A stretch of 64,000 bases of DNA from contig CM114271.1 of the NCBI GenBank assembly GCA_050084515.1, positions 47,740,001 through 47,804,000 on the forward strand, given 5' to 3'. The stretch's first letter is position 1. Each line of letters starts with the position of its first letter. The notes below the pieces were generated by a model that had not been told where the DNA came from, did not search any database, and saw nothing but the letters and a program-made list of their open reading frames with translations. This DNA is from Blasia pusilla (taxonomy: Eukaryota). Shown piece by piece: positions 36,572-48,400 of the stretch. The position numbers and the translations under genes were made by a program.

Positions 36572-38928
36572 CTCTCCTCCGAAGCCGACAGCTCCGATTC
36601 CAGACCCACCATTGGTAGTGACACCATCGTCACTTCCCACGATTCCAAAAATCGGGAGGGCAAGGCCGATAGTAATTCTGGAAGAGCTCTCGACCGATGA
36701 CGAGTGAGTTCAAAGAACTCAAGGAGCCAGCTTGATTGCAGCATTTTGGAGTAGGGATTTATTTGATGACGAGGCAGAAGAATTCATAGAATAGATCAAA
36801 TGTACAGTTCCGAGCTTCCTTCAGATGTAATAAAGGACAAGATTTTTTTGAACGATGATTGTGTTTGTAAAATTTTGTTGAATATATTTTTTGGTCTTGT
36901 CGATTGTGATCGTCCGTGTACTCCGATATTTTGTATTGTAACCGGTCGGATTGCCACGGGTTGCAACTTTTCACTTTTTGACCACTGCACCTTTTTAACC
37001 ACTTCCAAGCAACCTATCGGATTCCGACAGGTTGGCTGCGTGAGTGATCGGACTCTTTCCCTGTAAGTCCAACTTTACAGGCATTTTGGCGGGCTTCTTC
37101 ACTTTGGCACCTTCCCCTAGTTTCGTCAAACAAGTCTTAGGCTTCCTCTCTTATCTAAGACGTGTTGGATTCCTACTACCTGGCTGAGGACATGATGGTG
37201 TCTCCAAGGACGGAGCATATATTGATAGTGGATAGGTGTCACCTTGTAGAGTATACAAGATTTACTGCCGAGGAAGGGGTGGAATCTTGTACAATCAGGT
37301 TACATGGGACCGTTATGGTGTACCTAGGGGGGGGCCAAGGCTCTCGAATTCACCAACATTTTCAATCCCCGTCTACAATCGGCCAGAGGAGCCACTTGTA
37401 TCCCAGGACATTCCTTTTGTATATGAACCTAGGAGAGTTAGGAGTAAATTTGTAGATGACGAGGCTGAAGAAATCATAGACTAGATCAAATGTACATTTC
37501 TGAGCTTCCTTCGGATGTAATAAAGGACAAGATTTTTTCAAACAATAATGGTGTTTGTAAAATTTTGCTGAATATTTTTTTTGGACTTGTCGATTGTGTT
37601 CGTCTAGCTACTCACAATGTTTATTTTCCAACCCGTCTGATTCTGACGGGTTGCAAATTTTCACTTTTCTCATAGGGAGAAAGTCTGATCACTCAAGCAG
37701 CCAACTTGTCGGAATCCGATAGCTTGCCTAGAAATGGTTAAAAAGTTGCAGTGGTAACTTCTGAGGCATTGTGGCGGACTTCTTCACTTTTAGCTCGTTT
37801 CCCTAGTATCGTCAAACCAGTCGTAGGCTTATTTTCTTCTCTAACACGTGCTCGATTCCTACTACTTGTCACATTTCCATTTCGGATTCCCAACTAGTTG
37901 GATCTTTGTGGGTGCAGGGTGGAATGGAATCACTTCTCAAAAATTTTCCTTTGTTATGGTGAGCTTGCTTGCAAGAGGTGCAAGCCATCTGATTTCGACG
38001 GGTTGCAAGAGTTGCAACCTATAAAATTCCGACGGATTGCGAGGGGTGTAGCTTCTCGGTTTCTCAGATTTAGGATTTGAATGAAGGGACATCAGTTCCT
38101 CTTTATTCCAGACAGCTAACAATCTTTTGGTTCAGTTATCATCCCGTGTGTTCACATTTCACAAAGTTGGTCTTGAGCAAACATCATTCATTATGGGGCA
38201 ATTCAGGGAAGGCCATGATGCAAGCAAAAATCCCTACAAAAAGAGAGGTTGGCATCGTACCCGATGCGCATCCGGGTGAGGTCTCATGACACATTAACAC
38301 TTCAGAGACACTTGGGAATGGGGGAAGCTCAACAATTTTCATTTTGGTCATGTGTTGCCAATGGTTTTCCATAATGTATAATGAGTATTGATGCCTTTTG
38401 CAATAAGAGTCAACAATCATTTACAGGCATTCCCTTGTGCCTTTCTTTTGCAAGAAGAGATGTCAATCCATAATGTCAATCAAATATTCCGAGAAGTTAA
38501 ACCTTGAAAAGCACCGCAATCTGTTGAGGCCATTGTTAGAGTCTTTATTTGAACCTTTCATTGAGATGAGATTGCTACTTCTGGTCAAATTATTTGCCAA
38601 TGGTCCTCCAACAAAAATACCCACAGGCACAACTCATGAGATCGAGACAGGCAATGTGAAGAAACTTAGGCTCACATGGAGAGTGATGGAAATTTTTTTG
38701 TAGTGGTCTTATGATGTCTACTTGTTTTTCACCCCCTGGAAAAAGGAGGTTTCTTTAGGCCCGAATGTGGACCACTACCTACTCTCTTCTAAAGATTTCA
38801 TGAATTTGAAAGCAAACAAAAATTTCAAATATGTCAAAAAGTTTTGAAGAGAGGAGGCGGATTTGGCCCTTTTTTTTAAGAGAGACTCTCCTCTCTTCCT
38901 CTCTCTTGCCGAGAATACCAGCCCCCCG
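36572..38928 (-). repeat. Right inverted arm of the composite DNA transposon
   Basis: Reverse-complement homology to 19579-21560. The part from 36572 to ~36990 is also a direct repeat of ~32876-33330. Confidence 0.78.
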
Positions 38929-41900
38929 CTTGCTTGCCCTTGCAACGACCCATATCATCAGTAGTGGATCAAAGGGTAATATTTACTCTCGATCTCTATT
39001 CTGGTTTTTGGTTTTGGTTGCATTTCCAAGCTAATGTTGAAAGGTTTGTTGTGCATACTCATTTTCCATAGTTCTTATTGATCATATGAAGTGCATTGCC
39101 TCTCAAATTGTGGACATTGGAAGGGACTCCGTCAGATGCCACCTTGCAAATACAACCATATCCTCAGTCACCTTGGTCACAAAATCATATGCCATGGTGG
39201 TTTCCAATGATGATGCAAGCACCAATGTCATTTGGTAATCAATTCCAACAACAATGGCCTAGCTACCACCGGGCAAACTTCTCACCATGGCCCCCCTTCT
39301 TGGGTAAGGATTCAGTTATGTGATTCAAAACAATTGTTGTCATGTTTAGATCTGTATCATGAGACCATCCTGAACAAATGAGATTATATTATATTGTGCT
39401 TGACAGGGAGGAGGGCCATTCCCACCACCACCTCCACATCCACCACCTTGTTCCTCCGAGGTTGAAGATGACCAACTATATTGCAGTAGCTCACAATCAT
39501 GCGCAACACCAAGCCCAACAAAAAATGTGTCTTCTCGACAAGGTGCAAGTGTAGGTATGCATCATTGGTTATGTGACTGTGTTTAAGTTTCAGGTTTGAT
39601 AACATTCTAGTTTGATGATAATGTTTAGAACTGAGTATGGGTTCCCTAACACACAAAGATGAATTTGAAATAATTCTTTTAGGAGAAAGGAAGAGTAGGT
39701 CCAAGCGTGACCTATGGAAGCGTGATGTGTCAATCCGCAAAGAGTAGAATCTGAAGCCTAGATGCAAATTACTACCGAGTGGCCATCCAAAAACCAAGGT
39801 TCTAGGCTATGAGCCTTGGTTGAATGAATTGAAGGTACGGGTGATGAGGTACCTCGATCTGTCATGCGTTGAGATTAGTAAGACAAACTCAATGAGCATG
39901 GCAGTCATATCGTGCGTATACACATTGCTATACAATATACATCGCTGGTCACATCCACACCACACAACACCGATTTTCCCCACACATAGGTAGATCCACA
40001 CATGTACAGAAATCAACTCATACATATACATGGAGATCACACAACCGCCCCCCTAGCTAGCAGTTGGATCCCCCTAACTCCAGATAGAAAATATCACATC
40101 TCCTTCACATGACCTACTACCCTATACACATCTCAAACACATTCATTGTCTCGTGGGAACTACATCAAGAGGGGGGGTCAGATATGACATATGCCACCAT
40201 AGAACAACCATCACATACCAATATGGTAGCTGCATCCCCTCGCATATCTGCACAAGATACACCTCAATCCTTGAGGTACCACTGCCAAGCTTGGATCCAC
40301 TATCCCATCCACGATTGGAAGATGACATAGCGCACAATTGCGCACATTATCCTTCCAAACCATACCATCCTGTCCCTCCAACATGAGGACTCCGGTCGAT
40401 AATACCTCGTGCACACGTAGGATCGTGCGCCTCGTAGTGACACCTGCTATAAATACCCATAATCTCCAAGATTAAACCTCCTAATCCCTAGACGATAACC
40501 TCCTCCATGAATTTTCGCGTACCTCAATTTATCTCTATGCTGAGGAATAGCTAAGTTCTCAAAGGCCATAGGCGTAACTCTACAAAAAATCTCCACCCTC
40601 TAAGAACATGCTTGTACCCACACATCTTGATCATCAAGATCTAATACCTCCGCCATATCACATCGAATAGCTGTAGGTAAATCGGGCTCTCTCCCAAAGA
40701 GCAAAAAGTACGGTGAAAATGACACCAAGGATGCATATCAACTAAAGCTATAACCCATAGCCAACCATGACAACTATAGGTCCCACTCCCTCAACTGTCC
40801 TCGCTGCAAGCCATACTTGTGCAATCCTCTCTTCATCGTCTGTACTACTCTCTCCGCCAACCCCTCCGCCTCAGGATGATCTCTGGATGTGGTGCGGTGA
40901 TCTATCAACGCCTGATCAGACAAGGCCTGAAATTCTCCCCTGAACTTGGTACCCTGGTCAGTCAACACCTCCACCGGTGCACCAAAGTGACTAAGCACAT
41001 GAGCTAGAAACGCATAAGCTGTTCCCTCGCTGCCTTGTGTGGTAGTGCCACCAACTCTATCCACTTGGAGAAATGCTCCACCATGACCAACACGTACTTG
41101 TGATGACGCCCCATCAATGGCAAAAGTCCCGCAAAGTCTAAACTCCATCGATACCCTAAGCCCATAATCGGCAAAGGATGTAACTACGGAGCGGGAGCAT
41201 TGAAGGATGTTCGCACTCTGTCACATACCATACATCTGGCCACAAAGTGTTGTACCCTAGTATGCATGCCGCGCCACCAATACTAAAGCTGGAGTAAGTT
41301 GTAAGTATTCCAAAATGCCCAAACTCCTCATGGGCATGTCACACTTCACATGCTCGCTGGGAAGGATGAGGTACCACTCGTATCCTACCATCTCCCCATA
41401 CCCGCAAAATATGAGTCCCCTCCCACCTGAACCTCTCGGCTCTCTGTAGGATCCAACCCCGGTCCCTAGCACTCATTGTGCTCACTATGACGCCAGTGCG
41501 CAAGAACTCCACAACCTCCATGTCATCATGGATATCACGATCACCTGTCGCCTCCTCACTGACCTTCAGATCCAAAGACTCATCATCCAACCCCACCAGT
41601 GGAGTCATCATCTGTGGTTGACCTACCATAGTCAACCAACAAAGATAGGTAGATGCATGCCAACCGGGCTCCATCTCCTCATTACTCTCTCCGTGCCATA
41701 GAGCTCCTGTGTCGTCTCTTTGACTCGGACATGGGTTATGACTCAACCCATCCGCATCCTGGTTCACCCAACCTAGCCTGTGAACCACCTCAAACTCATA
41801 CTCCTGTAGTAATAGAGCCCACCTAGAGCAAGCTTTCCCGTAAGCTTGTCGGACTCCATCAACCACCTCAACGGCTGATGATAAGTGTGAAAGGGTTGCC

Positions 41901-43269
41901 AAATAAATAGCACCTCAAATGTGCCACGAGCCCACACTGCAGCCAAGCACTCTCCCTTGTAGAAGTTGTACTTTGCCTATGCAATGTTAATTGATTGGCT
42001 TGCGTAAGCCACAACAAAATCCCTCTCCTCGTCATCCCTCTGAGTCAGCACTGCTCCTAGAGCCAACATGCTCCAATCCGTATGTAACGGGAATGGGTGA
42101 CCCCTAACCAATCTCTGTAAAATGGGTGAGGACGTCAACCCGTCCTTGAGCTCCTAAAATGCTTGCTCTTGATCATCTCCCCACAACCAAACCTGATGAA
42201 GTCTCGTCAACAAGATCAAAGACTTTGCGATCGCACTAAAACCCTTGACATACCGTCAATAGAAGTTCACGAGTCCCAGAAACGCTCGGACTTGACTCAC
42301 ATCTGTAGGGCATGGAATCTGCGCAATAGCCTCCACCTTTGTTTGGTGAACACCTAACCCACTCGGGTATATGGTGTGTCCCAAGTACTCAATCTGCTCC
42401 TAAAAGAATCTGCACTTTCCTGGATGTAACTTCAGTCCATGTAACTACAATCGCCGAAATATCTCCTCCAAGTGTTGCTCATGCTCCTCAATTGAGGGTT
42501 GTGTACAATGTTATAATGTTACGATGATAAGAATATTATCTATGTAACATCGTAAAAAATCCAAGCTAGCCAAAATCCTATCCATCACTCTTTGAAACTC
42601 CGCATGCGCGTTCCTCAACCCAAATGGTAAGAACCGCCACTGATACAAGCAATCTCTCCCAAACCAATCTATCCCCCAAAATGTTGTCTTCTCCCTGTCC
42701 TCCAACCTGATAAGAAGCAGATGATAGCCAACACGAAGATCTAAAGTACCGAAGATCTTTGCATGCCCTACCGCATCAAAGATCTCCTCAAGAGTAGGCA
42801 TGGCGTACCAATCTAACCTCGTCTGTCGGTTGATAGGACAATAATCTCCACACATCCGCCTATCCATCCAATTGCCATACATATCCTTCTTCGTCGGCAT
42901 GATTGTGGCGGATGCATACTCCCCATGTGACAACTCCACAAGTCTTGCCTCCAACAAGTCGTGACTCCTGCTTTGAATCAAGGCTCGCTCCATATGAGAA
43001 TACTTGTAGGGTCAACGAAAGATTGGAGTATCACTAGCCAACTCAATCCGTATTTCGGGACCCTTCAGCATACCCAAGTCTCTCATACTAAAGGCAAAAC
43101 AACTGACATGCCCTCTCAAAAACCTATGGACTCGCCGTGACTCTCCTCCTGTCAACTTAAGACCTATCACAAGCTCCCAAGTCTCACTCGGAGAGGACGT
43201 AACCTCTGACTTTGGTTGGTATGTAGCAACCCTAGCCACCTCCGCAACAACCACTCCACTCTGACGTCC

Positions 43270-43690
43270 AACACCATGTACGCCAAAGAACATGTTTGAC
43301 TCTCTTGCAAGTGTCGTACTACTCGCAGCATCTCCCAAAACATCCCTGACCTCGGATCTTGCAATCCAAACCCTTGTCCAAGTGATGAATGACCCTGACA
43401 TGGCCATCTAGCAATCACTAAATGAATGGTGCCAACTCTATCCAGATCCTACGCCCCCACCAAAGAGATGTCGGACGGGTTGTGTATGCTGATATCCCCA
43501 TACTGTAGATATCGATAACAACTCAGGATACCTCTGAACCAATCTTGCCATGTGACATATTGATACTCACTGCGGGGTCTCATCTCTCTCCACATAAAGA
43601 AATTGATGCACCTGTATGCTGCTGCACAACTGCAGCCAATCCTATGCAAATCCCTCCGAAAAGATCTAACACCCTAACACCCTCCTCTGG
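43270..43690 (-). pseudogene. C5 cytosine methyltransferase domain remnant (motifs I-V) in pol of family D copy 1
   Basis: GVRVLDLFGGICIGLAAV; FLYVERDE; IHLVIARWPCQGHSSLGQGFGLQDPRSGMFWEM. Motifs VI-X are lost relative to copy 2. Confidence 0.85.
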
Positions 43691-44106
43691 ACACTACCAC
43701 ACAATGGGTGTGGTATCCACTGGGGTCAACGTCTCCACTCTAGGAGCCCGATCGCCACCTGACTCTCGCTACTCCGGGATAAAGGCATGACTCCACGCCT
43801 GCCTCACGAGGTCGTCGGCACTCCTCTATAGTTCTCGAGTCGTACCCCACAATGGTGAAGAGGTCTCGCCAACATGGGAAAAGACACCCGCCATGGCCTG
43901 TCTCTTGGTGGGACTATCCACTACTGGGACATCCTCTGCAAGTGCGTTCCTCTCCAACAACTCTCTTGGCCAGCTAACACTACCTGTGAAAGCTGCCAAC
44001 GTGGTCACTAACTCGTCTCCTGATCGACCATCTTGTCCCGCAAACTGCACGGGTAATTGACTCATTCGCCCATCACCTGAACGCCATCCCTGGCGATAAG
44101 CAACGG

Positions 44107-45381
44107 TGTCGTATAGTAAAATCAACCAGTGTGTAAACTCCTTCGTCATTAAATGTTAGATAGAGTTTCATTAGTATTAAGTAAATTGGCTTAGAAAAAG
44201 GAGATTCTTATGTTTAAACCTCTTTATGGTGCCTCTTTTAACAACGGCCCAACTTTAGGAAAAGAAGTAATAAATAAAAGATGACTTTATAAAAGTAAAG
44301 TAGTTGCTTTAATGAAAAGCAAAAGTAGTCTTGGTTGGTGGCTAGGTTAGTTGGGGTAATTTGGAAAATATCATGTGGGTAAAAGAGGATATTTTGGAAG
44401 AGATAAGAGGAAATCTACTTATGTCAAAATGTGATTGGCTAAGCCTTGGGAGGAAGCCATGTGGCACAAGATAAGATAAGCTCTATTTCGTACTCTTGTG
44501 GATCCCCTTGTGAGTATATAAAGAGGAGGGACCTTCAAGGGTTCATCACCTTCTATTCCACATCTTGAGTCTCTCGTGTCTCTCTTGAGTGTATGGCTTT
44601 GGGATTGCTTGCTCTTCCAATGAGAGTGGATCACCCCTCTTGGGAGAGTAACTTGACTATGGTCTATTCTTTGAGAGATTTCTAGAGTGTGGTGTGTGTG
44701 TGTGTGGGGATGAGAGGTTTTTCACCGTAGAGGAGTTTGGTCATACTAAAATAGCGGAAGTTTTGACTTGTTACTTCCCCAATGAGAGTGGATTACCCCT
44801 CTTGGGAGAATAAGTCCGCCAAAACCCATTCTTGAGGAGAGTAGAGAATGTGTGTCAAGCATGGATAGGGGTGGAGCACGAGTTGTGCCGACTTTCCTTT
44901 CCTCAATCCTTACCATGTCAAGGTACTCTTTGTAGATAACCTTTGGTTCACTCACTATTTAGTTTATCACTTTGGGGAGGCGTTCATGAACCAGGTCATG
45001 CAATCTCCAACTCCGGTGATTCTTCCTATCGTCATATATGGAAGGACATGGGATTGTACTTTGTATGTCCTTATGTAGCGATCCATGGATGTCAATAGGC
45101 CTGGTCAAGTAGGGTTTCACACTAGTTGTGCTATCTTCCTCGTGTACAAACGTAAAATAGTTTATAGGATTTTATAGTTAGGAATTTTGGGGTCCGATGT
45201 TACGAAGAAGTGATCGCCTCGGCACTTCCATTTGTGATACACAATCGTGAGAGAATGGAGAGTGTACATCATAATTTTGTATTGAAAAAGGAGAACTTAT
45301 TAGAGAGTTCACCTTGCATCGAGCATCTACTGCTAAACTAGAAGGCCCGCCCTTGCTCGAAGAAAGATTCTCGACACGACA
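44107..45381 (+). repeat. 5' LTR of family A element
   Basis: TGTCGTATAG...GACACGACA, near-identical to 51331-52605. Confidence 0.95.
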
Positions 45382-45384
45382 AAA

Positions 45385-45400
45385 TGGTGCTTCCAGAGAG
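45385..45400 (+). promoter_or_regulatory. Primer binding site (non-Met; possibly tRNA-Thr)
   Basis: TGGTGCTTCCAGAGAG three bases after the LTR end. The tRNA identity is from recall of tRNA-Thr acceptor stems and has not been verified. Confidence 0.6.
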
Positions 45401-45445
45401 CTCTTTGAGGCGGTAGTTTGTGTTTGCAAGTTGAGTCTTATCAAG

Positions 45446-48400
45446 ATGACTACTTTTGGGAGGACTTCATCAAAGGGAATTGAGGGGGCTGAGGATCTTC
45501 TCCGAACTTTGACAACATTGTTGAGCCAACAAGGAGGAGTTCACATCGGAGAGCAAAGATTAACAAGGGCTCTCAAGCGATTGTGAAGAAGTTGGGAGAT
45601 TTGATGGCGGGAACATCACCAAGTATGTTCAACGAGCTAGTGCGTCTATGAGATGGAGGTAAATCGGCGTCATCCCGAAGGTGATATGGTGTCAAGTTTT
45701 GAGTTAGGTTGTAATACCGAGATCCGTAGTCAAGTAAAGAAGTTGAGAGCAGAAAATCCAACCTCATGGAAGGATCGATGCACATGATTCTTTGAAAGAG
45801 AATTCTTCGATGATGATGTGGATCGGGTGACTAAGAGGAGTTTTCTAGAATGGATAGACCAACGTCCAGGAAGGGAATGACTCCAAATGAGTTGTTGCGT
45901 GAGTTTGAGAAGCGGTTTTTCAGCTTTCTCCCGAAAGGGCAACTCTAGACTTGAGGAAAACCAAGTTATTCCTTGAGGCCAGATGAGAATTTGGAGGACA
46001 AGCTTTTCATAATGTTGGCGGACAAGAATGAAGAAGGAGGTGTCACACTAATTGGAAGAAAGTGGAAGAAGCTGTTGCTATCCTCACAAAGCAAAGTCGA
46101 AGTAGAGGTAGAACCACCAGTATTCAAGTCGGAGGTACCAATTTCAAATCCATTGCCTAAGCCCATGCCGAAAGAAAGCTTGAAGATTCTACCATTGATG
46201 AGTTGGTGAAAGGTTTGAGAGAGTTGAGAGTAGAAATGGTGAGCTTAAACTTGATAGGAATCCTAGTGTTGGTGCTCCTTCAACAAGTAAGAACTTTGTG
46301 AGAAGATGTATATGGTGTGATAGTGTTGAGCATCAACGTCGAGAATGTGAGGAATTTTCAGAAGCTCTTAGAAATGGAATAGTAAACTTCAAAGATGGGA
46401 AGATTCATTCACAGAGACTGGTATGCCGTTGAATACCAACTTTGGTAGAGGAGGTATGAAAGGATTAGTGAGAAGTCAAGTAGGAGTTGCCACTCGACAT
46501 TAGATTTCGACACCTTTGTAGTAAAAATTGAAGCGCCTATTGTATCTCAGTAGCTAAAAGTGAATCATAAGAATTTCCTCAAGAAGTTATGATACTGAAG
46601 AAGGGGCGAGACTATCCGTCATCCGATTTGGATGGGATGATCCAGTGGAAGTCTGGGTGTGTTAAAGCATACCTAGCACAAGAGAAACATGTGAGTTGGC
46701 AAGATGCTAGTGTGGAGGAGAAGAGAGACGCAGCGACAATGATGGTGTTGATCTTTGAGGAAGCTACAAGAAGAGCAAGGATCTTAAGAAGAAAAGGACA
46801 ACCGGAGGCGAATAAAACCATCAAGAGAAGAAGGACCTTCCACATTTGAATCTGTGAGGGATTCTCATGTCAAAGAAGCAGGACAAAGGAGAAGAATTGA
46901 GGTCTCCTCGAAGACCAAGGGTAAGACTCCTACATACAAGTCGATCTGACGATATCGAGACAAGCACCTAATTTAAAGGAGATTCTTGAGGAGAGGATTT
47001 TGGATGCGAAAATAGAGTTTTCTTTGAGGGAAGTCTTGGGCATAGCCAAACGTGACTTTCATGAGTTGATCATAGATGTGATTAAAAGGAAGAGGCAGAT
47101 GACTGCAGATATGGTGATGGTGAGAGCTTTGGATACTAACATCACAGAAGAAGAAGATGAAGAGCTTTGCCAAGTGTTTGGACAAAAGCTTGACTTACGA
47201 GGAAAAGAGGCGAGAGTAGGAGAAGCCTTGACAGAACAAGGTGAAGAAAGGCATAATGGTGGCCACTATTTCGATCATATTGGCGCGTGCAACGACGGAG
47301 GCTAGAGTTCGACTTGGCTCTCTTCAAGAGTCAGTTCTGCTCGTTGATCATGGTTCGGAGATCAACATCATGTCGCGAAGTGTGTACGACAAAGGGATGT
47401 GGCCAATTGATACAGGGCATGGATGGGTACTACGAGCGGCTAACAACCAAAAAGGTGAACTCTATGGTGCTTGTCCATCCGTCAAAACTCGTATCGGAGA
47501 TGTGTTGATTGAGCAAAATTTCTTTGTTTTAAGAATGGAGCTGCTTATCTTGTGATTCTTGGGCAACCTTACATCACAGAATCTAGAATGGAGACCAAAG
47601 TCATGGATGATGGGTCTCATTATGCCCGTATTAGAAGTCAGGATGGAACAAGATCGGTTCAATTCCTTCTTGCATTGAGTAGGTCATGAAAGGAATAGAG
47701 AGAAGTTGAGAGATGGTCCTATGAAGGTAGAGAAAGAGTTTTCGGATTTTTAGTTAGCACTCCTATAGAGCGGGAATATGGGGGTGCAGAGAAAAGAAAG
47801 AGTCTTCCGCTAGTAGAGGGGGAAGAATCATATATGTTTAGGTATGGGTTTTCTCAATGTTTTTCTTCGTGGTCTAGTAGATTCCAAATGATGAAAGAAA
47901 TGAATGAAAAGAAAAGACGTTTTATAAAAAAAAGGAGGGTTTGTTAAAATGTGAGGGTGTTCTATTAGATGAAGAGTTCATTAGTGGGATGTATGAAGAA
48001 GAGGGTTTTGGAGATAGTCTTGAAGAGGTGTTTACCCAGATGAACACCGATTCGCTGGATAGAAGTGTGATTGCAATTCACTCGCGTGAGTTGCAAGAAG
48101 AGATATCAAGGTTCATGGAAGGAGAAAATGAATATGAATCTACGGAGAAGGAAGCGGATGGGCACGGGTTTGAGTTTGATTTAACATCCCATGGAGGCAC
48201 AAGTGCACACAAAATACAAGACAAAGTGGCCCGGAAGGTGAAACCAATGGCTACTCAACTACCTAGAAGGATTGTGGGAGACAAGTAGAACGTGCATCAA
48301 TGGAGCCAAGTCTGCGGGATGTCAAGAAGATAGGACACAAGTTCACAGAAGAGACGCTAGATCGTCTGCAAATCGGAGGGGGTGAGTTTCTCACAGAAAT

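Larger units (their letters stand above)
19579..38928. mobile_element. ~19.3-kb composite DNA transposon with long inverted arms: Mutator-like transposase, ParB/methyltransferase-like cargo gene, CACTA transposase fragment
   Basis: The left end CGGGGGCTGGTATTCT.. (19579) and right end ..AGAATACCAGCCCCCCG (38928) are inverted copies. Inverted homology continues in blocks for kilobases. No TSD found. Confidence 0.8.

Noticed and set aside
19816-38708. A clean CACTA element bounded by CACTA...TAGTG
   Set aside because: The flanks are inverted (GAC/GTC), not a direct 3-bp TSD, and inverted homology extends ~220-240 bp further out. Kept only as an ambiguous signal.
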